Below, one piece after another: positions 24,916 to 39,762 of a stretch of 64,000 nucleotides of DNA. This DNA comes from Adineta vaga. Its lineage: Eukaryota > Animalia > Rotifera. The stretch's first letter is position 1. Each line of letters opens with the position of its first letter. The position numbers and the translations under genes are program-made. The stretch lies in assembly GCA_021613535.1 (NCBI GenBank), contig CP075492.1, positions 20,212,001 to 20,276,000 on the forward strand. The letters run 5' to 3'. Under the pieces are notes generated by a model, which saw only the letters and a program-made list of their open reading frames with translations, was not told where the DNA came from and made no database searches.

Positions 24916-27900
24916 GGTTTTTGAAAACAAAAGAAAAACACACTAAGACAAGTCACATCTATTTTATGATGTAGAATGAAGTTCTTTTGTGAAACACAAA
25001 CTGAAAAGAATGTAGAAATGTATGGAGAAGAAATTTTGAACTCAACACTGCCTTCCTCTTCCCACAGACGAAACAGACAATATTAATTAGTGTTTAACTA
25101 ATATTTAACAAATTTTCATTGGTGGTTAATAAATATCAAGCTAATAATAAAAAATGAAATGGAATTATGAGCGCAGACCGCTATCGACAAGACTTTAGCC
25201 ACATATGTAGTATTTGCTGCGGAACTACTATAAAAAATGGCTCACGTTAAGAGAAACACTATTGATGACCTTTCGAAATTTATCGTAATCTTTTATAATA
25301 TCTTGTCTATAATCACGAATATATACAAGTAACGCTCGTCAGAAGACTCGCTCAGCTCTTTCTCGTAGAAACGCATCTTCTAAATATAATCATTGAAGAA
25401 ACGTTTAGAGGAACAGATCTCTCTCCATGTAATCAACTTAGTACAGACTCGTCTAACGATCAGCAGTGCACATCGTCATAATGAATTACTTTTCACTCTT
25501 AACCTTAGTGGTCGCAACTAGGCTTGGAACAACTGTCAATCGTGTTGATACTGAATAGCCATTCTAATGCAACTGTCTGAGAGCGTTTCATTCCCTACTA
25601 CCACTTTTCTACATATTTCGTATGTGACCTCCATTTTTAGAGTACTGCTGAGCCTTTGCTAATAGCGCGGGTTCAGACACTTTTAGTTGGTTTCCTCAAC
25701 CAGACTCTCGCCTCTCCTTAATGAAGACGCCTGTCCAAGGTAGTGACTAATATTTGAGCATGCTTTTCGGGGCGCTGTATGAGATTCGACTTCCCAACAT
25801 TCAGAAACCCCAAAATATGCACTTTTTCCATAAGTTAATTCTGATTGGCTGTTCGCAGTTGCCCTTAGCAACTGCTTGGGCTGTGCATCATGCGACCAGT
25901 TCGACCTCGGATTCAGGTTCCCCGCATCGAGAAACCTCAGAGAATGTACTTTTTCCAAAACTCGATTCTGATCGGCTGTTCACAGTTGTCCCTAGCAACA
26001 CCCTTAGCAACGGGTCATGCAGTCAGCCGGACATCGGATTTGAGTTTCTCGCATCGCAAAACCTCGAAATAAGCACTTTTCTCAAAGCTCGATTCTGATT
26101 GGCTGTTCTCGGTTGTCCTTGGCAACCGCTCAAGCCGTGAGTCATGTGACCAGCCCGACCTCGAATTTGAGTTACGTGTATTGAAAAAACCCAGAATATG
26201 CATTTTTTCATGACTCGATTCTGATTGGCTGTTCACAGTTGTCCCTAGCAACCGCTCAGCACGTGAGTCATGTGACCATCCCGACCTCGAATTCGAGTTT
26301 TCCGCATCGAGAGATCCCTATCTATGCACTTCTCTCAAAGCTCGATTCTCATTGGCTGTCCATGGTTACCCTTAATAACGGCCTCACGATGGGTCACGTG
26401 ACCTTTTTGACCTCAAATTCGAACTCCTCGCATAGAGAAACCTCAGAAAATGCACTTTTCCCAAAACTCGATTCTGATTGGCTGTTCGCGGTTGCCTCTA
26501 GCAATGGGTCACGTGATCCATCGGACCTCGGATTCGAACTCCCCGCATCGGAAAACCCTAGGTGATATCCTTTCCTGAAAATCTAATTTCGATGTTTTTT
26601 TGACCCTGCGGACACACAAACAAGCAAGCAAGCAAACAATTTATGGTTACTGGACTCTTCTCTACGAGAAAGAGAATAACTATAATTTAGGAATCATAAG
26701 TAGAAGCAGCAGTTTCAGAACCCTTTGGTTTACTAGATATGTGCGTTGATCGTCTTTCACATTATAATCTCATAAGGGTCGCGCTAAAAGCTTGTCAACC
26801 CACTATTATTAATCACGAAAAACTTTGCTCATAGCAACTGCAAAGTATGTAAATTGTGTCTTATTCTTATCTTAGTTCAATCGGACCAAAAAACATATTC
26901 GAGCTGGGAAATATCTATGTAGATCATCAAATGGCCAGTTTGGTTTTCTTATAGTACTAAATAATAATAAGTAAAACAAGGAAAGCTGACTTGTCCAGTA
27001 GAACAGTTTCGTATATTAGAGTTTAAAAATAGTCTTTTTATATAATATTTTGTGTAGACAATTGAAATCAGATGATCGGATATTGTTATAGAGAATATCA
27101 CAGTGTATCTTTTGATAAAAAGTTATTTTGCAAAGATTAATTATAAATGTGAAATTAATAAAAATATTGAGAAGCTCACCTTTTATGAGCGACTCATTAA
27201 CTCATAAGAAATTGAGCATTTTGTTAGTTAGAATTACTATAGATACATGTTGAAGATACGCATAGATATGATTCAGGAGTATTTCTGTTCTGTTGAAAGA
27301 CAGCAAAGTTTTTGAGACCGAGCACAGCAGTCGAGTTTACTCATAGAAGTCTATCAATAGATCTGTTCTCTACTATCAAAAATGATTCTATTGTGTTTCA
27401 TATTTTATTTTCACAAACTTCACTTCAAACTTGTAATAGAAATTTCATAATAAATCTAGTACAAAACAAATACGTAGTTTATCTCAGAAAGTTTTCAGCT
27501 ATTTTAGTTTCCTCGTTTTCATGATAAAGACCATTTAACTACTTACCTGACTTTTCGGTAGCAATCTCGACCAAATTTTCAATAGTTCTATCGAGCCATG
27601 GAATGGTTGTGCCAGTCATAGTGAATAGTATAGTAAAACGAATAAGCAATAGATTATGATTGCTTTAAACGATAAATTCATTTACATATAAACGCATATT
27701 CTTAGGAAAATGTCATGTTCTAATTGGTATTTTCCCGACAAAATGATTATGAAAATTTTATAACTCATCAATGGATTTCTCCATCTGACTCATTTTGCAA
27801 GAGTAATCCAATAGAAAATAAAAGAAGGATTTCTTTCTTGTTGTTTTTGTCAAACACCCTGCATAATGTAGCTCTGACTCAAAGGAATGAGCGCTAAAGA

Positions 27901-28293
27901 GAGAACAAATTGCAATGAAAATGTGCAATTATTCATCCAATGATTACCAAAAACAAATACATCGAATCAATATCTATTGATATTCGTCATTGATGCGATT
28001 GACAAAAAGGAAAAAAACAACAAATATCGTTTATGTCATAAAGCATGGATTGCATCACAAATGATGATAACAAAAATGCAAGGCCTCGAGGAAACATCCA
28101 ATATCTTTCTATTGTTTATTTAAGTAGAGACCAACAAGAAGCCATCGAATTTACCTAAATGCATTTGTATATCCGAGTTTTGAAAAAAGAAAATTCCAAT
28201 CAATATTGTGCCTATTTATACCAATCGTTAATCTGATTATAACCAAGCAAAATCAACTAACTGCTATTTCTAATTATACAATCCAACTACAAT

Positions 28294-29460
28294 ATGACTC
28301 AAGCTTCGACTACATGGGCTGATGTAGAATATGCAAAAGCAAGAGAACCTATAATGGCACGACAACGTAAGCAAGTAAACTTTCTTAATTTTAGATCATT
28401 TTAGTCATAGAATCAGATTTTAAATCACTTGTACTTAAACGAGTTTTCTTCATAGTTAAGGAGAGACGTGAGGATATATTCTTCGTTCTTAAATTTGATT
28501 ACATTGAAGGAACTAAATCGATTCTATAATGCAGCTGACTCATTTGATGCAACACTATTATCAAATATGAAAAATAATAAGTGAGAAAAAATTGCATGAT
28601 TTTTTTTCCTCCTTATTCAATGTATAATCAAGAGTATAGTTGCATTTTGATAAAGTATGATATATGAAAAATGTAAACGTAGAAGAAATATTCTAAATTT
28701 TCCAGAAAAATGTTCGCAATAAAAACAAATTCTATTTTGTTCATTATTCTTCATAGGTCCCGATCAAGCTGATATGGTTGAGAAAATACTCGTAGAATTG
28801 CATCGGTATTATCATCAACATAGTGATTTACTTCAAGATTTTGAACGTTTTAATGATAATATCAAAAGAATGAATATCGCTTGTTTCGAGACTCTTGCTG
28901 CAGAAGATAAGGGTTTAACAGATACTCTCATTGAATTAGCAAAGAAAACTGAACCGGTTGTATTGCCAGACAATAGCTTTGCTTTCTTCGGTTTGACATC
29001 AACCGGCAAGTCAAGTATACTCAATGGGATTCTACGAAAACAAGTAGCTGAAACAGGTTACGGTGAAACGACAACAGAAATAAGACCATATTACGGTACA
29101 AATTTTTTCATTTGGGATATTCCCGGTAAAAATGATGAGGTATCATATATGACAATATCATCTATATCATTCTGGAAGGGGCTAAAAGAACGTCTCATTG
29201 TTATTGAATCGACATTGAAGGAAAATTGCAGCATGATGAAATTAATGGATGCTATTGGATTACATTATGATATTGTAGTCAACAAGTTTGATATCATCAA
29301 TCCAGAGCAACAACAAAAACTTCGTCAAAAAATCCAGGATGAAATAGTCGCACTCGGTTTGAAAAGAGTCGATCATGTATTTTTCATTAGTGCACATTAT
29401 CCAGACAAGTTTCCTGACTGGGAAAAAATGGTTAATTATTTGACAAATCTAAGCAAATAA
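28294..29460 (+). CDS. IRG/IIGP-like GTPase A, copy 3 (intact)
   Basis: ORF 28774-29460 encodes the same protein as copy 2. Confidence 0.85.
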
Positions 29461-31642
29461 ACATAAGTGTTTTCATTTTAATGTATTCCCTTTTTTTGCA
29501 ATACATTTTTGAAAAATAAAAAGAACTCATACATCTTTAAGAGGATACTCAAGAAAATACTAGTCATCATACATTCGATAATTTGTTTATTCCCTCGACT
29601 GTAGAGAGGGTCATATGAAAAAAATAGTTTGTTTCTGTGTGGGTCAGGGGTCATAGGTGAAAAAAACATCGAAAACTGGTTTTTACCAAAAGTGATTCTA
29701 TGAGGTTTGCCGGTGTCGTGAAGATGAAACCAGCTAAGTTAAAGCAGTGATGCAGGGTAGATAGGAGTAATGGTACAAGTCCTTGGGATCAGCAAAACGT
29801 CGAAGTTTCGTATCCGACAAAAGTGACTGCTGGAGGTTTGTTCAGTCGGGCAACGAAAACTAATGGATGTTGTATTCTGAGGCGATGTGAAGCAGTGGCG
29901 TATCCAGGATTTTTGGAGCACGGACAACTCTCTGCTTAAACTCAATTGAAAACGGGGCATGCGTGGTCAGTTCAAAATCTCACTAGGCAATAGTTTGTCT
30001 TCTCTTTCGATCACAAGCCGGAAATGTCAAAACAGGACACTGCGGCGCAGAAAATTTCCCGCTAAAGCTCAAACTGACGACCAGAAGAAAGCTCTTACCC
30101 CTCCCTAGATCTCGTGTTGGTTTACACAGAACCGTTTGCATTCCTCAAGCTAACACCTTGCTAGTAGCTTTAACTATTTGTCAGCGCTAGGAATACCAGT
30201 TTCTCCACTGAGACTTCGAGCAATAAATTTCAAGAGACTGTTGAGTGGCGGTGGTTGGAATGTGTGAGAGTGGATGAAGATGGGTGGGCGTGGGTGAAAA
30301 TAGCTAGGGCTGGGTAGAAATGGGTGGGGTAGGTGAAAATAGATGGGATCGTGGAATTCGGTTGATGCAGGCGAAAATTGGTATCAGTGGGTGAAAGTCG
30401 TAGGATGTTGGTAACTGTGGCCGCAGAGTTGGATGGGGATGTGGTTCTGGTGTGAATATTCCCTCGACTCTAAGGGAGTCATATCACAAAATAGTTTGTG
30501 TGTCTGTGTCAAGGTGAAATGTTAGGAGCACTTCCACTAGTAAGGTGTGGTTGAAATGGGTGGGAGTGAGTGAAACACTCTGGATGAGGGTGTGGGTGAC
30601 ACTTCAGGGGTGTGGGTAGGGATGGTGTGGTTACATATAGGAGAGAGTGGATGAAATAGCTTCGAGATGGTTTTGATGGATAGAAATGGGTGAGAATGGG
30701 TGGACTGGGTGGGCATTGGTGAAAATGGTTGGGATGAGTGGGGTTGTGAGAAAGCGGGTGAAAGTCGGTGAGTGTGGGCGAAAAGGGGTTGAGATAGAAT
30801 CGGGTGTGTGAGTAAGAGTGTGTAAGGATCCCAGGTTAGCAAAGATGTGTTTGAAGTGAGGTAATCCTCGTGGTGCAAGAGCCGAGTAGAAATATCTGGG
30901 GACTCTGATAGGTGAGGAAACTGACTAACGCGATTTGGGTGGGGCGTTGCGCAGTGATTAGTAGGACACTGGATGGTGGTAGTGAATACTGATCCGAGAT
31001 TATTAACTGTGTCCTTACAGAGGAGGTGCGGTTTGAATGGTCTTGACCGAGTAGAAACAGAACTCGATCGATATTGGGCGAACTTTGGATATGAAGAAGT
31101 GTATAATGAGAGTTGAGTCGCCTTTACAGGCGGTTTGCAGTGACTCTCATCTGGAAAAAGGGTCTGTGCCGCGTTTATTCGTTTGAGGAAGTGGATATCT
31201 GATGGCGTTTGTGTGAGTTGGCGAAGAAAACAAAAGAAACCGTATATCTGCCTCCACAGTCGAGGGTGAAGTGAGTCGAGACGACGAACGTTACTTGTAG
31301 CTAGAATGCCTCAGAAATATTCAAAGATTATTATAAAAGAAGTTTCCAATTCTATGCTATGTCTACAACATTAGAGAGGCAGTAGTTATCTTCTTTTGGT
31401 GACAATGCATTCTGTGACTGATCTTGCAGAAGATTTTGAAAATGTAAAAATGAATTTCTAAGTTTATTCATTTGAAAGAGATGGTATATATTCTTGTTCG
31501 TTACAATTATTTTGTTCACTGGAATTTACCAAAATATTTCTCTGTTTCTATCTCTTGCTCTCTTTACAACGAAACTTCAGCTATCTTCACAATGAGCCAT
31601 GTTCACAATTCGCTTATAAGCCATCCGACAGCAAAACTGTGC

Positions 31643-31681
<39 letters not shown>

Positions 31682-33099
31682 ACTACTATATGCGGCTTAT
31701 CTCTCTTCATCTTTTTCTTCGACTGTAGAGAAAGAAGATGCTCATGGTTACCAAATAATAACGTCATTCTCTTTTTATCTTCTATTATCTTTGATCTATT
31801 CTCTTCCTTCCGAATCAATGAACATAGACAAACTTGTTGCAGAAAATAGGAAATAATCACGATTTATCATATCATTCTTACTGATAAGTTGCAGTTGTTC
31901 TTGTGAGAAAAGTCTCGAGTCAACTACGGCTGGAAGTAGATTTATCAATATTAACAAATTCAAACATACTAGAACGACAATCACATTCTTATTTATTTCA
32001 AACATAGCTCAAAAACTCCTCTAAGAAATAAACATCATATACAGTAAAAAACTAGCTATGAATCGTGATCATCTTGAGTAAAGAAACTATTCATCTATTT
32101 ACTTTTTATATGATTGAAAAAATAAAAATCATCATTTTCCTATTTTCTGCAACAAGTTTGTCTATGTTCATTGATTCGGAAGGAAGAGAATAGATCAAAG
32201 ATAATAGAAGATAAAAAGAGAATGACGTTATTATTTGGTAACCATGAGCATCTTCTTTCTCTACAGTCGAAGAAAAAGATGAAGAGAGATAAGCCGCATA
32301 TAGTAGTATATTCTCTCTCTCTCTCTCTCTCTCTCAAGGCACAGTTTTGCTGTCGGATGGCTTATAAGCGATTGGTAAACATGGCTCATTATTGTGTCGG
32401 CTGGAGTTTACCTAAATATTTCTTTCTTTCTACCTTTTTCCTTCCTTACAACGAAACTTGACTCATCCTCACACGATTATTGTGTTGACTGGAAGTTACC
32501 AGAATATTTGTCTCTTTTTACCTTTTTCTCTCTTTCCAACGAAACTTGATTTGTCGTTGTTACAGCCACAGCCAATACACACACACTCTCTCTCTCTCTC
32601 TCTCTCTCTTGTCGTGTTCTCTCTCTCTTGTTCTCGGTGATATCTTTCCCTCGTTGTCTTTGTTCAAGGTGATATCATCTCGGATGATATCATCCCTCTT
32701 TCTCTCCGTCGAGTATATAAACATGTGTGTTTTCCACTCAGGTTCGGTTCGATCTGTCCTCTCTTTTCTTTTAAATAAAGGTATCGGTCGGGCCTCGCTC
32801 GTTCTCTCACAACATCACGTCTCTCTCGTTCCGCTCTCCCATGACCACTCTAATAGTCGTCACAATGATTTTGTTGTCTGGAATTTACCAAAGTATTTGT
32901 CCCTTTTTACCTTTTTCTCTGTCGAAACGGTAGTGAAATTACAAAACAATGATGGTATAAAATACGTTGATTTTGCTTCCGAACACTCATTCGAAGCATT
33001 CTTCTGCCTCGTACACACGAAACAGCAAGGCAATGTAAGTAGATAAATAGAATTCATTGACTTTCTTAATTCTATAATAATATTTTAATTCTAGAAACA

Positions 33100-33303
33100 A
33101 TGTTCACACAAAAGTTTGCAATAATAATCTTTTTCCTATTATCGATTTCGTTAGTCTCAGATGCTGGGCCTGCAGCCTACATGGCGTGTCTTATTAGCTG
33201 TTCTGCCACATGCTCATCAACAACGCTATTTTATGGTAGCCCAGCATGTCTTGCAGCATGCACATCAGCGTGTTCACCATTATTGGCTGTTCCAGTACTA
33301 TAA
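33100..33303 (+). CDS. Secreted cysteine-rich peptide P1, copy 3
   Basis: Identical 67-aa ORF. Confidence 0.82.
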   Translation: MFTQKFAIIIFFLLSISLVSDAGPAAYMACLISCSATCSSTTLFYGSPACLAACTSACSPLLAVPVL

Positions 33304-35320
33304 CTGAATTTAAATAACAACTATTCTATTCCTTATTTATTATGCTTGCTTTCTCTTTAAAATATTCTATTAACAATCATTTTAATCCTGATTTTTAATT
33401 CTTGGTTTTTGTTTAAAATAAAAAGCAATTGCAAAAAGCCACGGGTTGTCCGCTAGTAACACACTCACGTTCCGACAACTTTATATTCGAATTTTTGCAA
33501 AACAACTGAACATAGAGTCGCAATATTGTGTGCATAGATGTATCTTTTTAAGCTCATTAATGCGTAACAGTTTCATCTCAATTTGACTTAATAGTTTATG
33601 TTTCATAAGAAAAATACATGCCAGTAACGCAGTCATCCAAACGACCCTCTTTTTTTCGACTGGATGAAAAAAGACTAAAAGAAAAAGTGCCGAAAGAATA
33701 AGTGTAGAAAAAAAACTGTGTGGAAAAGAAAATATAGAAGAGGAAAAATATCGAATATTAAAACATCTAAATAAGACTTGATATATATATATATATATAA
33801 AGTGATAAATTTGATTACATAGATGAAAAAGTAACTATAAAAGATAATAAAAACTGAGACGAAATGTCAGTTCACATAAATTAGAAAGTTCGCTAATTCG
33901 CCATCCACCTCTCCTGAGAAGCGAGCGTATATATATTTAAATCAAAAGCGGAAAGAACCCATGAACGATAGGAACAATCCAACTACACATATGTTAACAT
34001 ACAGAAAGAAGGGAAAGAAAGAAAGGAAAAGAAAAGAAAACACATGGAAATGTCCATATGATCGAAGGACATGAAGAACATAACATACATCCTAACACAT
34101 ACGATAATGATTGTTCATTTTCTTTTTGATTTAATATTTTTAGAAAAAATAACATAAAATAATCCATCGAGAAGTTCGTTAGTATTAATACCATCATTAT
34201 TATACTGAATATATAAAGTATCAATTCAATGTTGAATACAGTGTTGCCACCTTTTGCCCTCGAAAAGCAAAAATGATCTGTAAAAAGCAGAAAATGACAG
34301 AGTTTCAATTGTTAAAGAGCAGAAGAAAAGAGAAAGTGTTTTTTAATGTCAAACTATGGTTTAAGCTCAGCTATAATAAAATAATAAGAAAGTTTAGCAT
34401 TATATTTTATATTCTAGTGCACAAAATCAAAAAAACGACATTAAACAGATAAATGCATTTATTAAACATTTTTCTTAAACATATATTTTTTATCTGACCT
34501 TAATAGCTTTCAATATATCCTGGTTCGATAATATATACTTGTACATATTAGTACATTTTCAAGTAGCATTCAAACATATTTTTAATTCAGCTGACACTAA
34601 TTCTTTTGTTATACAGTTCCGCTTGTCATTTACTAAATATTGCATTTGTGAAAATACAGATTCAACATAAGTATTACCGCAACGTAATGAAAATAAAAAA
34701 CATAAGAGTTTTTAAAATTTGGTGATAGAGTAAGAGAAAGTAATAACATCCAGAGTTGATCAGATCTTACAATCTGACTTTGTATATTAAATGATTATTT
34801 TGACAAAAAGATCGGTTAAAATATTGAGAGTTTTCATTGAAAACATAAAAGATAAAAAAATCCGAAAAGTAGAAGAGGTGGCAAACACTGCTCACACTCT
34901 CAACTTGAGAGTGTGAGTGTAGGTGTGAGGAGAGGGAGGAAGCTGTGGGTATGTGTCTTTTCTCTATATTTCATTGACGTTCACCCCACGTTGTACTTCT
35001 TTTATTTAGTTTTGCGTTGTTTCATTGTCTCACACTATTATCTCTGTAAAACTTTGTTACTTTCTTCTCACAGCATCAGAAGATGAATTGACTATGTTTT
35101 TCTTTAAGTTTCGTCTGATATTTTCATATTTTCATCTATCCTCCTGTCTTTACTGTTGTGATTTTGCATATTCATTTTTAAATACCAGTAAATTCCAATA
35201 TACATTTCGTGATTTATTAAACAAATAAATAAAAATCTTAAAACAACATGTGTTCTTCTTCTCGATTAATCTTTTATATAAAGATATATTGAAAGTATTG
35301 TCTGAGTTACCAAAAAGTCA

Positions 35321-35512
35321 TCATGGTGTTGGAGCTGATAAAAGCGGTGCACATATTCTCGAACAGCCTGCAGTGCCTAGTGTCACTCCCCAAAACGAGG
35401 CACCTGCCGTGCATGCTGCCATACATGATGAATATGCTGCTGGACCGGCATTTGCAACTGCTATAGATCCAATTAATAGAATTAGTATGATATTTCGAAG
35501 AACGAAGTTCAT
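35321..35512 (-). CDS. Secreted cysteine-rich peptide P2, copy 3 (intact)
   Basis: Identical to copy 2. Confidence 0.82.
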   Translation of the reverse strand: MNFVLRNIILILLIGSIAVANAGPAAYSSCMAACTAGASFWGVTLGTAGCSRICAPLLSAPTP

Positions 35513-36006
35513 TTTCAGTATCTAAATAAAATAATAAATCAATATTCTTCTCATCCTCATCTTCACTTCAATGTCTCCTTTTTTCCACATAAAAAGTTTT
35601 GTAAATATATTACCTTTTCTGATGGTTAGCTTGTCGATGTCTAAAACACTTTAGTTAGTATGAATTTAAATAAATAGAAAGTCGTAGTATTTATATATTC
35701 TTCACCTAATGTAGTTGTATACTTTGTAAAAACCAGCGTATTACTCATGGTTAGGGATTTATCCCTGAACGTGAGAGAAGGGAAAGAAAAAGAAATAATG
35801 TTCGATGCGGTTCTTTATTCGTAAATCAAACACAAGTTACATCGAGAGAGAGAGAGAGAGAGAAAGAAAAGAGAGAAGACGAAAGGAAGAGACCGACCAC
35901 AAGATGGAAATTCACACATGTTTATATACAGAGAGAAAGACAAAGCGGTAGACGAGATGATATCTAATGATATCATCTTACAATGGATAAAGAGAAACAC
36001 GACTGA

Positions 36007-38523
36007 CGAGGGAGGTACCCGAAGTGTTTAATCGCTTTAGAGTCTATACTTTGGGCATATCGAGGTGACGTATAGATAACAACAACCCTAAAAGGATTTG
36101 GGCCCATGTCTCTTTTAGCCTGAGATATTCAAGTTTCAAGTTTCAAGTTTCATACGATAAAAGGAATTTTAATCCTATACTATGTATATTGTAAAACAAA
36201 AATAAGCTGTAAGTAGGAAATTCTATGATGAACTGGTTGCATCGCTAGAAATTAACTATAAAATTCAGAGTTTTTTTTTCATTTCTGTTGATCAGAGAAG
36301 CTTTTTGTATCGTATTACTCACTATTACGAACACGATAACTCATAAAGGATATACAGCAGATGCATATCATACGCATTCTTTCACGTTGTCTTGAAAATG
36401 ATAATAATCAAAAGTTCGATATAAAGAACATGTGCTACCGTGTGATATTTGTTAATCGAAAGAAGTATTTTTATCAAACTGTTCGTTCGTTGCATTTTTA
36501 CATAACTAAAACTATGAGTGATGCTAGAAAAATAGCGAAACTCTTGATGAACCGAATTACTGAGCGTGAAGAACCGGATCGTCGAAGCTTACGAGCAAAT
36601 CCATTCGAAGAGAAAATCGTGCGTTCCCTATTAGAAATAATTGACAGCGTTAACGATGCATATCGTTTGAAGTTGAATCAGAAACAACACTCGATTTCGA
36701 TGACGACGACGCATTTAGTGATTCCGAAGATGAAAATATGGACCGAGATTTCGATGAAACTGAAAATACTGAGAGTTCGCCCAACCAAATGAACTTTACC
36801 TTGGAATATATGAAAAAGGTCATTGATTACTATAATGCTTGCGACTCAAATGGAAGAAAGAAACATACATGGAAATCAGCAAAGCATCAATTTAAGGCTG
36901 TTCCTTGCCAGCAGTGTATTTCTCGTTTTCGTCATTACATTGAACAACATGGTACAAGACGAGAGAAAATACAAACTATAGATAATTTTGTATACGACAA
37001 ATTCGAAGAAGATCGCGAAAATGTTTTCTCTGTTCACGACCACGATTTGAAACGGTGAGCCCTTCAAAAAGCTGCTAAAGATTCGGTTCTAGATTTTAAA
37101 GCATCGAAACACTGGCTAGAGTCTTTTAAACATCGTCATAATATTTGTTCGAGAAAATCTACGAAAATAATGACCCGTCATCAAATAACTGATTCTGATA
37201 CTATAGACGCGTCTGCCGATTCCTTTGTAGCAAAAGTGAAACAAGAAATGAGTCATTACACACCTGAAGAAATTCTTAATACTGATCAGGCTGGCATCGA
37301 GCTAGAGATACACTCGACAAGAACTCTGTCGCATAAAGGTGAAGATGTTACTATAGCACGCGTAAAATCAAAGAATGCGACAACACATTCTTACACCATT
37401 CAACCAATAATAACTCTTGCCGGTCAACTTCTCGGTCCTGTCTTTATTTGCTTAAGGGAACCAAAGGCAAAGGTGAGCGATAGTGAGTTAACTTTAATCT
37501 TTTCTTCTATAATATGCGAACGTTGTTTTTACTAGATATCAAAAAGAAACTATTTGATGCCCCAAACGTGGTTGTAACGTGTAGTTCTTCAGGAAAACTC
37601 ACTGGCTCTTTGATAGAATATTGGCGAGATCACGTTCTTCGCCCATTTGCTTCATCAAATTCTCTTCTAATCTCGGACTACTGGCCGGGTCAATGAGACT
37701 CAAAGATATACTCCGCTGTTCAAGGATGTAAGAGATTAGAGATACCAGCTCATACTACGTCAGGCATTCAACCACTTGATGTCTATTTTAACAGACAATG
37801 GAAGGTATTCACTCGACGTATATTCGATCACGTTCAACTTGATGACATCGCCATCAACTTGTCTGAACGAAACAATATAGTACAATTGAATTCTGTTATT
37901 CATAATCAGGTGTCGTCGTCTCAATTTGTACCTATGATCAAGTATGCATGGTTTGCATCATGGTATGCTGATCAGGATCCAGGAAGTTTTAAGTCTGTCA
38001 ATGAAGTTTGCTTCAACATTGCTGCTGATGTTTGTCAACATTCGAGCTGTCACTCGTTATGCTTTATTCAATGCAGCCATTGTCAAAAACTACTCTGCTT
38101 CGAACATTTCTTTGAAGCTTACCACTATCATAAATAGATATCGGCCTTTTCTAGTGTGATACCACAGATTTCTTAGAAATGACTTTTATTAAAATAGACG
38201 GTTCATCGACTACGAGGCTTCCAAGAAAATAATTCTGATTAACAGAAATGAAAAAAAAACTCTGAATTTTATAGTTAATTTCTAGCGATGCAACCAGTTC
38301 ATCATAGAATTTCCTACTTACAGCTTATTTTTGTTTTACAATATACATAGTATAGGATTAAAATTCCTTTTATCGTATGAAACTTGAAACTTGAAACTTG
38401 AATATCTCAGGCTAAAAGAGACATGGGCCCAAATCCTTTTAGGGTTGTTGTTATCTATACGTCACCTCGATATGCCCAAAGTATAGACTCTAAAGCGATT
38501 AAACACTTCGGGTACCTCCCTCG
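36007..38523 (+). mobile_element. pogo/Tc1-mariner-superfamily DNA transposon with ~290-bp TIRs
   Basis: 36007-36296 is the reverse complement of ~38234-38523 (cgagggaggtacc...). TA follows the right end but GA precedes the left end. Confidence 0.92.
36514..38137 (+). pseudogene. pogo-like DDE_1 transposase, disrupted
   Basis: Motifs ILNTDQAG, LLISDYW, IPAHTTSGIQPLDVYFN and a C-terminal Cys/His cluster. Frameshift at ~36665, stops at 37056 and 37694, short intron ~37484-37535. Confidence 0.85.
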
Positions 38524-39762
38524 TAAGTTTAATTTTGCCTATGACATATATGTATATGTGACCATGGAGAGAATGGAAAGAACCATATATCATGACGGGT
38601 TGAATGGTTTATTTTCCAAACACGCCATACGCTTCTTTTATTCGCTAGTAGAATAAAGGAAAGAAATAACCAACATAAGTGAGTTACGCTATAACAATAA
38701 GTTATCTGGAAAAAGAGAGTGGTGATATTGGCCTTGTTCGAATCACAATAGGTAATTTCCTTTTTGGAGATAGATTCTTCCCATTCGTTAACATAACATT
38801 AGTCATGAGCAAGGCCATCAGGTGATTAACCAAAGAGAGAGACTAGGACTATTTACTGTGGTTCTTTCCCTTTCGTTTCGACATGTCTTTCATATATATA
38901 TATATATATATATACTGACAAACAGCGTATTGTTATTATTTGGTATTACTGTAATCTAGTGTGGATAAGGTAAGGTTGTAAAAACAACTAGCGGTCATCC
39001 TTTAGATTCGCTGACCCTTTTCTGAAAGAATTATAATAAGACTGAGGATATTTCGATAGTTCGATTAACAAAGAACTCAAAGAGCATCTTGCGACACTCT
39101 TCAGTCAAAATAAGACTTATACGAGAGAATTTACTAGTTTCGTTGTGGCGAGCGAGAAAACTTCTGTAGTGCCCGATGTATCAATGTCATTTGGAATAGA
39201 TGTAGCTTCGAAATTCTCGTTGAAATCAACGGAATTGGCGAGATAAAGACGATGTATAAGAAATAGAATAGAATATTGTTTGATCCTCAGAACATGAAGC
39301 AGTAGTGGCGATGGTAGGATGCAGAGATTCGGGTATCAGTAGTGAAAAGGCGATGACCACATTTGGACCCATTTGTTGTTCATCAATGCGCGGTTTTTTA
39401 TGAGAAGAGACGAAATAACACTCAATAATGTGACGTTTCTCGGAATTTGTCTTTCAATTTCAAGCTAGTTTTTCATCAAGAAAAAGGCAAACATAGTAAC
39501 TTCAATTGTAGTAGACTGTTTAAGCAGCCAACAAAAAAACCTAATAAAACTGTTTTAGTTGAAACTGCCCTTACTCGACACAGTTCTTCCGTATAAGAAT
39601 CAACGATTGCTTCAAAACTCTTTACAAGAGTTTAAAAGAGCTAAAAAAATTCCGGAGAAAGGGGGCTCAGCCCCTCTTCGCCCCCCCTCCCCCTCTCCCA
39701 TTGGCGCCACCGCTACTTAGCTGCATTATTCACATTTCAGATCTTCATCGTTTCATCTAAAA

